From Octopus sinensis (Eukaryota): 64,000 nt of DNA. A program made the position numbers and the translations under genes. Shown piece by piece: positions 36,932 to 49,015 of this stretch. Position 1 is the stretch's first letter; every line of letters begins with the position of its first letter. The stretch spans positions 181,908,001 through 181,972,000 of the forward strand of contig NC_042998.1 of assembly GCF_006345805.1 (NCBI RefSeq). The letters are read 5' to 3'. The notes beneath the pieces were generated by a model, which saw only the letters and a program-made list of their open reading frames with translations, searched no databases and was not told where the DNA came from.

Positions 36932-38242
36932 CTACAATACAGTAACCTTCGCCTTTCAAACTCTAGAAGCTAGATAGAAAACCTTGTGGCCATTCGACAT
37001 GCTAGAAATAACAACCCGATCGCCTCCAGCTCATCCTAATCATTTTACAAAAGAAGCGACGTACATTTAGTGATATAATTCTGAATATTCAATACTTTAA
37101 ACAGAGAGAGGATGTTGAACATAGCTCTTCCTAATTAGGTCTTACCATGTGCTAAACAATAACTCTCCCGTTCCTCATCAACAGCATGACTCATCTTCAC
37201 AGTTTTGTTGACATGATAAAACTTAGTTGACAATGCATTTCATTTTCAGATATGAAATACAGAAAAAACCCAAAAAAACCCATTCCACTAAGAATGCATT
37301 AAGAGTTGTAATTTAATATTTTTTCAAGTTAAATCCTGACCCGAATTTTTAGATTTTTTTATTCAAAACATTTTCTTAGATAATGTTTAAATGTGCCTAT
37401 CTCCATCTTGGATATCTTATTTTAAAAGAGTTTATGCAGCTATTATTTCGTGCTAATCTTAGATTGGAGAACTATAATCATTTATATTATGGATATTATG
37501 CAACATTTTATGAAATTGGTATTTTCACAGATGGTTCCCTATTAAAATGTTAATCATTCGAATTAGGCAGACAATATTAAAAAGGGGAACTTGATAAAAT
37601 GTTCTAAATGTACATTTTGACTTAATTTAAATGATAGTCCATATTGTTTATAATACTAATAATATTGAAAATGTTAAATAGATACGGATACTATGTGGCA
37701 CAGTTAGTCGAAAACTTAAAGTGATCCGCTACAAAATCAGTATTATCAGAGGAAAAGGGATTTCAGGGTTTTTCTTTACTCATCAGTCTATCTTTTAACT
37801 CAGGTTTCAGATGCTAGCTTGTTGTTCAGTTCCAGGCTAGTCATGACCTTCATCGATTTTTGTATATCCAAGGTGACATTGTCCAACCTGTTCCCCATAA
37901 TTTGACTGCCATTTCTAGCAAATGAGCTACTACCAAGCCGTCCCCTCAGAGTTCATTTGAATTAGAAACCTGTTTTTTTTCTTTATTAATGAGTTTATTC
38001 CTTAACCTAAGTTTTAAATGCTAGGTTGCTGTTCAGTTCCGAGTCAGTCTTCTGACCTTTCCATCTTTTTGTATCCTTCAAGTGACATTGCAGAATGTCT
38101 CCAATTTGCCAAAGCAATTGGATATGATTTGAAGGTGATTTGACTGCTGTTTCTAGCAGATAAGCTACTACCTAGTTCTTCGCTCGTTGGTTCAGTTGCT
38201 AAGTTTAACATCTAGGCCATACAAATATATTTAAATTTATAC

Positions 38243-38271
38243 ACGACATTGTTCTCGGCGTCGGTAGCCAT
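38243..38271 (-). CDS. Candidate first coding exon (MATDAENNV) in a promoter-like CpG patch
   Basis: caaaATGGCT gives a Kozak/YY1-like context in a CpG-rich patch. The donor GT|GTATAA is weak (phase 2). Confidence 0.25.
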
Positions 38272-40731
38272 TTTGTTTCTGCGCTGTTATCTGTAACACT
38301 CGCCTCTCAGATATAAACGTGCTTCAGCGGTACATCTGCCTAATAAAGTTTTAATGTCAATTCTCATTCCACCGAATGAAAAGTTTCTGAAGTAAAATAT
38401 TGTAAATTTTGTTAATTACAAGAGTGAGAAAAATAAAGCTAAAAGGAGATAGGGAGAAATTTGACAAGAGTTAACTGTAATTTTTATTAGCACAACAGTT
38501 ATTAAAAAAAAATGCGTTTGTAATTTAAAGTATATTATATGTCATCTGTTAAACAGATTCAAGTAAATTAATGAATTGTTTATTAAAGCCAAGTGTTGTC
38601 AAAAAAACCCCCCAGCACTGACTACTCCATGGAATGTTAAATTACAAGTTAAATTATGTTTCAATAAATCAATTAGAACTAGCATATATTAATATAGATA
38701 TTAAACAATTTATTTAGCATTATTAGACTCAGTAACTGAAGAGAAGAAATATTAATGGGAATTTTGCATGTTCTTAAAGAGGCTAAGTTAATTAAGGTGG
38801 TGGCATGTTGGCAGAATCGTTATCACGTCCAGCAAAATGCTTAGCAGTATTTCGTCCGTTTTGTCCCGAGTTCAAATTCCGCCGAGGTCGACTTTTAAGT
38901 ACCAATTGAGCACTGCGGTCGATGTAATCGACTTACCCCCACTCCTCAACTTGCTGGTATTGTGCCAAAATCTGAAACCAAAATTTTTTGGTTAACTAAA
39001 TTCGTCTTTTTTCTCAGTAAAATTTACCACATTCGCTTCTATTTTGTTATGCATAAATTGTTCCTTAGTTCATTTGGAATTCGCTTTCTTTAACTAGGTC
39101 TTGATCTTTCAATACGAAATATTCTAAAACCATTATTATAAATTTACGTGACATAAATTAAGATGTTATTTCTGGGAGGCTTATTTTGAAAACTTTTTCA
39201 GTTTATCATCATAAAGTGGAAATGTTCGTTTCAAACTTTGGCACAAGGCTTTTAAGCTCGAGGATGTGTGGGGGTAAGTCGATTACATCGACTCCAGTGA
39301 TCAACTGGTACTTATTTTATCGAGCTCGAAGGTTTGAAGGAAAAGTCGGCCTCGGCGGAATTTGAACTCAGAATATGAAGATGGACGCTAAGCATTTCGC
39401 CCGGCATGCTAATGATTCCGCCTGTTTGCTGTCTCCCAAAATGGAAATACTGACATTATTCGACAATACCTAGAGGCGGCATTCTTTCGATATGAGTCCC
39501 ATTTACATCACATGTATTTGCTTCACTTTCCGTAAAATTCCGTGGGGGGAAGGGTATCTTTTTTTTTCTTCAGAAATATAAATAAACCCACGTGGGTTTA
39601 TAAGTGACAGTTATGTTACTAGTACCGAATGATCGCCCTAGGGGCACATGTCGAATAGCGCCTTCTAGTTAGTATGCAAGTAAAATACAAGACCTTGAAT
39701 TTTTTTTCTCACCCCCAAATATCTTCCTGTTTTCAACAATAGAGATTTCTATAAATTTTTCTGAAGACAAAAATATAAGAAAAAAGAAAATTTTGATTCG
39801 GCGTTTAAAAATTCTGTTATGTTTCAGAATTTCAATGCCAGTTGTTGACAAAAATTTTTTCACTTTCAATTTGTGATCATAAACTGAAAGTATACCCTGT
39901 AGTTTATCATACTCTAAAGAGTTTTGAATCAATGAAAAAAAAAAAAAAAAGATAAAGCTTAAGAGTTCTAAATGCAAAATAACGCATAGAAAATTCATTT
40001 TAAGACACACGCACCTTATATATACTACTATAAAAAATTTTTAATCATTAATTTGTCCAGCCTGTTTTTGATCGTTAGATTGTTTCGTAGTGTAGTTTTA
40101 TCAGTTAACCTTATACTTAAACATATACATAAGAGTGAGCAGGAAAAAAGAGAAAAAAAAATTCACCACCTTAGGTTGAAAATTCAGTCTAAGAAAAATA
40201 ACTACATTTCAATAATCATTAGGAATGAAATAATATTCTACGCATTGACGCTTTATTCAGTATCTCCTAACTATGAAAGAAATAAGTTTTCCTGCAAGTT
40301 TCCTCCTGGGTTATCTGTTAAATTACTAGTTAGTACATTCAAGAATAAATCTGTTCTATAACTAGATTTTCTTTTTTCAGCCTCAATGGCGGGAGATTTT
40401 CGTTACATAACTCGCACTTCTGAATAGGCAAATTTAATTGAGTGTTATGTAATAAATTTTACTATGAAACGTCAACAAAAGATTATTATATAGTCATATT
40501 TTGCTTTTAATTATATAAATTGGTATTTCTTTTCACGTTACACATGAAACCTGCTCAACGAAATTTTATTTTTACAATTTTTTTTTAAACTTCGGGAACA
40601 TGGCTGTTTCTGCGTCTCAGCCATGTCATCGTTCGCGGTAATCATCGCATCTCTTGGCTTCTCGTTGGTGAAGTGGAAAAAGAAGTAAAAATATATTTAC
40701 GAGTAATTCTATGCAGTTTAATAAATAACAT

Positions 40732-41154
40732 GGGGCGATCTTTCGTATCTAGTAGACCTTTCCGTAAAATTTTTTTTTTTTTTTACATATGGGCTTGCGG
40801 GAACTTTTGAAGTAATATACATACATATACACATACACCGAGTAAAAAATTTCAGTTATCTCTTTCTTTCACACATTACTCTGTCTCTTCACACACACTA
40901 ACAGAAGCACTTCACTTACACAACATACTGTCTGTCTCCCACACCCCATCAAACACACACACACACACACACATGTACATCAATGCTTCCCCTGGACGGT
41001 AACTTCAAAAGAACTTCCCTCGTCATAAAATCACTTTCTCTTAGTCTCTTTCGCTCTCATTACTTCAAAAGTTCCCGCAAGCCCATATGTAAAAAAAAAA
41101 AAAAAAAATTTTACGGAAATCGACGGAAAGGTTTACTAGAGACGAAAGATTGCC
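40732..41154. mobile_element. MITE with ~75-bp TIRs
   Basis: ggcgatctttcg..tccgtaaaa..catatgggcttgcgggaacttttgaagtaat is mirrored at 41050-41154. TAACAT occurs on both flanks. Confidence 0.7.
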
Positions 41155-41224
41155 TAACATTGATTTCTAACGACTAATTAAATCGATCTCAAGCAGGACA
41201 CTAACTGTAACTACACACACACAC

Positions 41225-41258
<34 letters not shown>

Positions 41259-41916
41259 ATATATGGTTTGTAGACAATCTGGTATACGAGGTTTAACACC
41301 ACCTACTCCCACCCGGTCCCTTAGCAGAGTTCAACGCTTTTGTAAGTATTCGGGCCAGGTCTTCGGTTTGAGGGCGCTTTCTTCCCTCCCGCCAACCATG
41401 CTGGATGATTACTTTTTATTAAGCAAACCGCACATTCACCGAGTACATCTTAATTATTTAGAGTACATAGTGTGTAGCGCTTCTTGCTTACTAGATAGAA
41501 ACTGGTTATAATTAATATCATGAACCAATTCATCTTAAAAAATAGAGGGTATCTTATACAATGATTAAAAAAAAAATATTCGGACTTGTATGTTTTAAAC
41601 ATAAAAGATCATGATTATGCCCCCCCCCCCAAAAAAAAAACGCTTTAAATTTTGCTCTTCGTAAATTTACCATTTGGCATTTGGTTTTAAACATCGGAAA
41701 TTAAGTATATGGAAATATTTTTTTTTGTTTTACAAATTCGGTTATTTGACCGAGTTTCATTGTGAATTTTTTTTCTCGGAGTTTCTTAGCAAAATGCCTG
41801 TCGAAGAAATGTATTGAAAGAATTTCTTTCGGATTATTTTGTAGAGGTAAAATTATCAAGTCATATAATTAATTAATGTATAGTCTACGTTTCCAATTTA
41901 GGCGCAAGGCCAGCAG

Positions 41917-42328
41917 GGATCTTTTCGGTTTGAACAGTAGTTTTTAACATAATTTCTAGGTAACTAAAAAATTTAAACTTTTATACTGGTAGAATGTGTT
42001 TATAAAACATCTTTTTCTCTTGGCTTTATTGAGAAAATTCTATGGTTTGTAAGATATTTGTTGTTGTTTTCTTCAATTTCTGCAATTTCAACCAATCAAT
42101 GACGTCTATTGAGGTAAAAAACATTGTGCCGTATGAATATGTCCCTCGTTTAAGAAACAGATTGGGTTTATTTACATTTGTGAAGAAAAAAAGATACCCT
42201 TCCCCTCACCCCTAATCCTAATCCTGAAATAGATTGAAATGCAATAGATCGATACTAGGGTCATAATTATGGGTGACAATTTCATATGACACCGCTAGAA
42301 AAAACTGCCGTTCAAACCGAAAAGATCC
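41917..42328 (+). mobile_element. Merlin-like MITE copy inside a SINE
   Basis: Same TIRs and internal sequence as 4525-4938. No clean TSD. Confidence 0.8.
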
Positions 42329-42798
42329 GAGAGTCGGTTACATCGACTTCAGTACTAGTTTCATACTTTACTTTTTCGACCTCCAGAGGGATAAAATGTA
42401 ATGTAGACCTCTGCAGGTTTTGAACTCATAACAAATACAATACCACAAGGTATTTTGGTCGACGCTCTGCCAACTCACTACCCATAATGTATATTTAAAA
42501 GAAAATGAAAGCACAGTACGGTCTTAGACTTCCTATAATTAAAGTAATCTGATAATGTTTATCACAAATATATTTTCCAAAAATAAACTTCTAGAAATTT
42601 CTTTTCGCGTAGCCATAGGAGTGGCTGTGTTGGATAAGTAAGCTTGCTTACCAACCACATGGTTCCGAGTTCAGTCCTACTGCCTGGCACCTTGGGCAAG
42701 TGTCTACTATAGTCGGGGCGACCAAAGCCTTGTGAGTAAATCTGGTAGACCGAAACTGAAAGAAGCCCGTCGTATATATATATATATATATATATATA

Positions 42799-44743
42799 CT
42801 AGCAGTATCGCCCGGCGTTGCTCAGGTTGTAAGGGAAATAACTATAAAGCATTTTTAGAGAGTTATAGCCAAAAAATAGCAAAAAAATGGAAAAAAATGA
42901 TGGTAAATTTTTTTTTGAGAGTGAAAAAAGGTGGAGTTGCGTCCCCTAGACAGTTTGCGGTTTGTGTTTCTGATTCTCGACCCCATGTCGAATTTATCGA
43001 TTTTTTCAGAACTGGTAGAACTTTTCAAAATTTTCGCTACGTTAGTTTTGAATTATGACATTGGGCTATGTGTGTGTCAAGTTTCATCAGAATCGGTTGA
43101 AAGCCGTGGTCAGGGTGAGGGTACAAGCAAACAGACACACAGAAACACGCACAGACAAACTGCCGTTTATATATAGACTAGCAGTATCGCCCGGCGTTGC
43201 TCAGGTTTGTAAGGGAAATAACTATAAAGCATTTTTAGAGAGTAATAGCCAAAAAATAGCAAAAAAATGGAAAAAAATGACGGTAAATTTTTTTTTGAGA
43301 TTTAAAAAAGGTGGAGTTGCGTCCCCTAGACAGTTTGTGGTTCGTGTTTCTGATTCTCGACCCCATGTCGAATTTATCGATTTTTTCAGAACTGGGGGAA
43401 CTTTTCAAAATTTTCGCTGCGTTAGTTTTGAATTATGACATTGGGCTATGTGTGTGTCAAGTTTCATCAGAATCGGTTGAAAGCCGTGGTCAGGGTGAGG
43501 GTACAAGCAACAGACACACAGAAACACGCACAGACAAACTGCCGTTTATATATAGACTAGCAGTATCGCCCGGCGTTGCTCAGGTTGTAAGGGAAATAAC
43601 TATAAAGCATTTTTAGAGAGTAATAGCCAAAAAATAGCAAAAAAATGGAAAAAAATGACGGTAAATTTTTTTTTGAGATTTAAAAAAGGTGGAGTTGCGT
43701 CCCCTAGACAGTTTGTGGTTCGTGTTTCTGATTCTCGACCCCATGTCGAATTTATCGATTTTTTCAGAACTGGGGGAACTTTTCAAAATTTTCGCTGCGT
43801 TAGTTTTGAATTATGACATTGGGCTAAGTGTGTGTCAAGTTTCATCAGAATCGGTTGAAAGCCGTGGTCAGGGTGAGGGTACAAGCAAACAGACACACAG
43901 AAACACGCACAGACAAACTGCCGTTTATATAGAGATATATATATATATATATTATATATATATATATTATATATATATATATATATATACTAGCAGTATC
44001 GCCCGGCGTTGCTCAGGTTTGTAAGGGAAATAACTATAAAGCATTTTTAGAGAGTTATAGCCAAAAAATAGCAAAAAAATGGAAAAAAATGATGGTAAAT
44101 TTTTTTTTGAGAGTGAAAAAAGGTGGAGTTGCGTCCCCTAGACAGTTTGCGGTTTGTGTTTCTGATTCTCGACCCCATGTCGAATTTATCGATTTTTTCA
44201 GAACTGGTAGAACTTTTCAAAATTTTCGCTACGTTAGTTTTGAATTATGACATTGGGCTATGTGTGTGTCAAGTTTCATCAGAATCGGTTGAAAGCCGTG
44301 GTCAGGGTGAGGGTACAAGCAAACAGACACACAGAAACACGCACAGACAAACTGCCGTTTATATATAGACTAGCAGTATCGCCCGGCGTTGCTCAGGTTG
44401 TAAGGGAAATAACTATAAAGCATTTTTAGAGAGTAATAGCCAAAAAATAGCAAAAAAATGGAAAAAAATGACGGTAAATTTTTTTTTGAGATTTAAAAAA
44501 GGTGGAGTTGCGTCCCCTAGACAGTTTGTGGTTCGTGTTTCTGATTCTCGACCCCATGTCGAATTTATCGATTTTTTCAGAACTGGGGGAACTTTTCAAA
44601 ATTTTCGCTGCGTTAGTTTTGAATTATGACATTGGGCTAAGTGTGTGTCAAGTTTCATCAGAATCGGTTGAAAGCCGTGGTCAGGGTGAGGGTACAAGCA
44701 AACAGACACACAGAAACACGCACAGACAAACTGCCGTTTATAT

Positions 44744-44748
<5 letters not shown>
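42799..44748 (-). mobile_element. Tandem array of five ~379-bp non-autonomous Helitrons
   Basis: Units at 42799-43177, 43178-43556, 43557-43935, 43990-44369 and 44370-44748. On the minus strand each starts TC(T)ATATATAAACGG and ends with the hairpin cctgagcaacgccggg plus CTAG. The outer ends sit between A and T in (TA)n. Confidence 0.85.
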
Positions 44749-44817
<69 letters not shown>

Positions 44818-44822
<5 letters not shown>

Positions 44823-44966
44823 AACTTCGGTATAAGTACCGGATACATTCCAAGAAAGTGTTTTTTTTTTTATATATATGGGGGGTAGGGGTGGGAGAAA
44901 AGGGTTTCTGTTATCTTCAGAAACGTAAACAAATCCACTTACGGTATTTATACCGAAGGATCGCCT
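44818..44966. mobile_element. Short MITE
   Basis: ggc..ttcggtataa / ttataccgaa..gcc inverted ends, inserted in (TA)n. Confidence 0.5.
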
Positions 44967-45749
44967 TATATATATATGTATGAGTGTGTGTGTGTTTATA
45001 TGTCTGTGTTTGTCTCCCTACCGTCGCTTGACAACCGATGTTGGTGTGTTTACGTCCCCGTAACGACAAACTATACCGTATTAGGCTTACAAAGAATGAG
45101 TCGTGGGGTCGATTTGTTCGTCTAAATGCAGTGCTCCATCATGGCCGCTGTCCAATGATTGAAACGATCGTAAACTCCGATATTCTTAAAAGAAAAAAAA
45201 AAGACAAAACATGTAGAAGTTACGGAATGAGAGGGAGGGGAAAATCTCTTTTCAGAATAGTAATCTCCGATAATTAAGACATACAAGTCCAAAGAAATTA
45301 CAAATTTTGCCCCCCCCTCCCCCGATAATTTCCGACGCTATTGTATAAGATTACCTTTTATTATTTACAAGCCACCTGATTGTTCTATTTATTATTGTAA
45401 TGTAACAAGATATAAAGGGATCATGGATTGGCGGAATCAGTGGAGTGGCTGACAGAAGTCCTTCTATTTTTGTTGCCATGCCTTTGCGTTCAAAGTTCGA
45501 ATCCTGCTAAGGTTGACTTTTATCCTTTCGGAATAGATAAAATGAGTGCTTACTCGTTTAAGCCTGTCTCACCCGTTTGCATACGAAAAGCATGGGATGT
45601 TGTATAAATGTATTTATAAATAATCTGAATGAAGAACATGAACATTTTGTACTTGCTGTATTTTCAAAATAATGCATGTGGATTCAACAATTCTTTCAAA
45701 TTTGGGCACACGGCCAGAATTTTAGGAGAGAGGGTAAGTCAAATGGTCA

Positions 45750-45916
45750 TATCTGCCGCTACGTTCTGAGTTCAAATTCCGCCGAGGTCGACTTTGCCTA
45801 TCATCCTTTCGGGGTCGATTAAATAAGTACCAGTTACACACTGAGGTCGATATGATCGACTTAATCCGTTTGTCTGTCCTCTCTGTGTTTAGCCCCTTGT
45901 GAGTAGTAAAGAAATA
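45750..45916 (+). mobile_element. SINE family B, 5'-truncated
   Basis: 17-bp TSD GGTAAGTCAAATGGTCA (45733-45749 / 45917-45933). Confidence 0.85.
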
Positions 45917-46492
45917 GGTAAGTCAAATGGTCAATGAAACTTCGGCGGCATTTGATATCAGAACGTCAAGACAGAAGAAATATCTAAATGTTATTATTCA
46001 AATTTAAAATGCCTTTGTTTCAAGTTATTAAGAGCAAAAAGTATGTATATCTATACAAAAAGGTGATTCATTTTGTAATCCATTAACCATAGTTAGTTTC
46101 TGGCGAAAGGGAAAAAATATTTGCAAATTCCGAGTTTTATAAAAATCCTCAGAATTAGAGGTTCAAATCAAAAACTCGAAGTGCGTTTTAAAAAATAGCG
46201 TGAGAAGAAAATAGATTAAAAAACATTAGACTTAAACGAATCGGGCAAGTAGTACAGTCGATTTAATCGACTGTCACTTCAACTTTTCTTGGCTTGTACC
46301 TTTCTAAAATAAAATCAATATTTAATGAACAAACTTCAAATGTGCAAGAAAAACGTGCTTGTTGAATATGTTTTTTTTCTCGATTATGTTAGCAATCGTT
46401 GCGCCTTTGATTTATTTTTTGTAGGTGATTCTTTTTTTCTGCCTCAGTTGCTACCCGTGCTTTCATAAATTGTATTTAATTTGTTTCACTCA

Positions 46493-46667
46493 TTGATAGA
46501 CTGATCCCTTTAAGACGGTATCCTAACATGGAATATCGTCTTAAACTGATCAATTTTTTTTTATTACCCACAAGGGGCTAAATAAGCCCCTTGTGAGTAA
46601 TAAAAGAAATTGATCCCTTTAAGACATTCCATGTTAGGATACCGTCTTAAAGGGATCAGACTATCAA
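46493..46667. repeat. 175-bp nested imperfect palindrome
   Basis: The outer ~42-bp arms have 1 mismatch and the inner ~31-bp arms have 2. The loop is ~5 nt. Confidence 0.9.
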
Positions 46668-47188
46668 ACCGTCCCAGTGCTATTTAAAACGTAGTACTTA
46701 TTCTATCTGTTTCATTTTCTGAACTGCTGAGTTTCGGGAACGTAAACAAACCAACACCACCTGCCAAGCAGTTGTGGGTGGAGGGCAAACACAAATACTT
46801 TAAGTTATAGGTCATACATACATAAATACATGCATTCACACATACTTGCATGTCCAGCTCTATATGGTGTCTTTATAGCATTTTGTTTTAAAAAAAGGCT
46901 TTGTTTTAGATGATTCGTTTTTATAATTTTCAATTTACATTTTATAAATTCATTTACAACTCTTTCTATGAGAGAATAATCAGTACTTATTGTTTTAATA
47001 GATACATAGTCATATAATAACACTACGTAAATAACCGTTAATAAGAATCAACTGTTACTCTCGCAGATACTTCCCTATTCACCTTTAGAAATAATTTGAT
47101 GGTTGCGTGACCATAGGAATAGTATTTCAAGCTTTACGGTTTCTTGCGAGAATCCCCTAAACGATTCAAATCTTTCAAATTACATTTT

Positions 47189-47612
47189 GGATCTTTTCGG
47201 TTTGAACGGCAGTTTTTTCTAGCGGTGTCATATGAAATTGTCACCCATAATTATGACCCAAGTATCGATCTATTGCATTTCAATCTGTTTTTGGGTTGGT
47301 TAGGAGTGGGGGGGAGGGTATCTTCTTTTCTTCACAAATATAAATAAACCCAATCTGTTTCTTAAACGAGGGACATATTCATACAGCACAGAATGTTTTT
47401 TTTTTTTTACCTCAATGGACGTCATTGATTGGTTGAAATTGCTGAAATTGAAGAAAAAAAACCCAACAAATATCTTACAAACCATAGGATTTTCTCAATA
47501 AAGCCAAGAGAAAAAGATGTTTTATAAACACATTCTACCAGTATACGAAGTTAGAATTTTTTTAGTTACCTAGAAATTATGTTAAAAACTGCCGTTCAAA
47601 CCGAAAAGATCC
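47189..47612 (-). mobile_element. Merlin-like MITE copy (inverted)
   Basis: Same TIRs, with a perfect 8-bp TSD TACATTTT on both sides. Confidence 0.85.
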
Positions 47613-48114
47613 TACATTTTTTCTGAAATGTAGACGTATTTATTGGGTTCAGATTTTGGCACAAGGCCTGCAATTTCGGGGGACTTTTAAGTCGATTACC
47701 TTGACCTCAGTACTTAACTGGTATTTATTTTATCAACCCCGAAACAATAAGAGGCAAATTCGACCTCAGAACGTAAAGAGAGACGAAATGTTGCTAAACA
47801 TTTTGCCCGGCGTGCTAACGAGTCTGCCAGTTCGCCGCCTTAAGGCATATTTATTACTCCTGTTTTCCCATCATTAAGTTTTATGAAACAACTTTTTCAA
47901 ATTCCCGGCTAGTATCAGTATTTACAACTAGGATCTGTTCAATTTCCTATTACAATAAACAATGTAAAATGTGTTAGCGGTTTTTTTATATTTTGATTTA
48001 ATAGCTCTCATCTTTTACCAAACAAAGTTCTAAATCTTCGAAAAAGAATTAATAAACTTATTGTCAATTAAGCCCAGTATATATTTCGCCATATTTGTTC
48101 AAGCTATGGTCAAT

Positions 48115-48517
48115 ATTTTTATTACGTTTGTAGATGCAGCAGGTCATTTAGTTGAAATGATTTCCACTTTTAAATTAAGAGGTGTGTGTAACGCCAGGAA
48201 AAAGACCTATGTACGTCACTGCTTCCTGTTATTATTTCTCTAAAAAAGAATTGAGTTGAATATCAGTCTGAAAATTAACGGGAAATTCACGCCACCGAAA
48301 ATTTCCCCTTGAATCAAATTTTTATTACGTTTGTAGATGCAGCCGGTCATTTAGTTGAAAGGATTTCCACTTTTAAATTAAGAGGTGTGTGTAACGCCAA
48401 GAAAAAAAACCTATCTACGTCACTGCTTCCTGTTATTACTTTTCTTAAAAAAAATTGAGTTGAATATCAGTCTCAAAATTAACGGGAAATTCACGCCATC
48501 GAAAATTTCCCCATGAA
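48115..48517. repeat. Two-copy tandem repeat, period 203 bp
   Basis: atttttattacgtttgtagatgcagc...gaaaatttcccc repeats at 48115 and 48318 with scattered substitutions. Confidence 0.9.
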
Positions 48518-48920
48518 ACAATGACATCAACGAACTGCGTCTTAAAATCCTTTTGACCAAATTTGCTTATTCTTAGAAAACGGAAATGACTGATAAGAGA
48601 AAGTGAAATAAAAGTAAAAGTAAAAAGGAACAAAAAAAGAATCAAGGAGAGGATTTTTTTCTCCAAGCAATAGTTCGAAATTGCTCTTCCGTTGTTTCAA
48701 ATTACTTGCTTCTTTTAATTTGGGTACAATGCCGGACCTTTTGAAATCGGCTCCTCTGGATAGATTATGTTGATGACTGCCATTTGTTTAAAGTTTTACA
48801 AGTGCTCCCCCCACCATACAGTTTGGTGGGGGAGAATTGCCGAAGAAATTGTGTTATTAGAGTATAAGTGATTTTCTATCTAATTGCAAATCAGGGTTTC
48901 GAAATTTAAAAACATTTATC

Positions 48921-49015
48921 GGATCTTTTCACTTTGACCGGCAAAACGAAGTTTAAAAGTGTTTAGTTTACAAAGAAATTATTTTAAAAATCTGCCGGTC
49001 AAAGTGAAAAGATCC
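48921..49015. mobile_element. 95-bp minimal MITE of a sister subfamily
   Basis: TIR ggatcttttcactttgaccggca and a perfect 8-bp TSD CATTTATC. A longer truncated sister copy lies at ~34575-34790 and a diverged copy at ~8890-9280. Confidence 0.85.

Larger units (their letters stand above)
42616..45175 (+). mobile_element. SINE family A split by the Helitron array and a MITE
   Basis: Head at 42616-42780 and tail at ~44975-45175, separated by the insertions in its microsatellite. Confidence 0.65.

Noticed and set aside
39669-40010. 113-aa minus-strand ORF with strong acceptor-like tracts
   Set aside because: The ORF runs through poly-T tracts, and the obvious upstream donor (~40015) puts a TAA in frame. 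No consistent exon chain could be built.
42732-44888. Repeated ORFs (MELRPLDSL...) and a CRISPR-like periodicity
   Set aside because: The units are 379-bp Helitron copies with no unique spacers and no cas genes. The ORFs are incidental.
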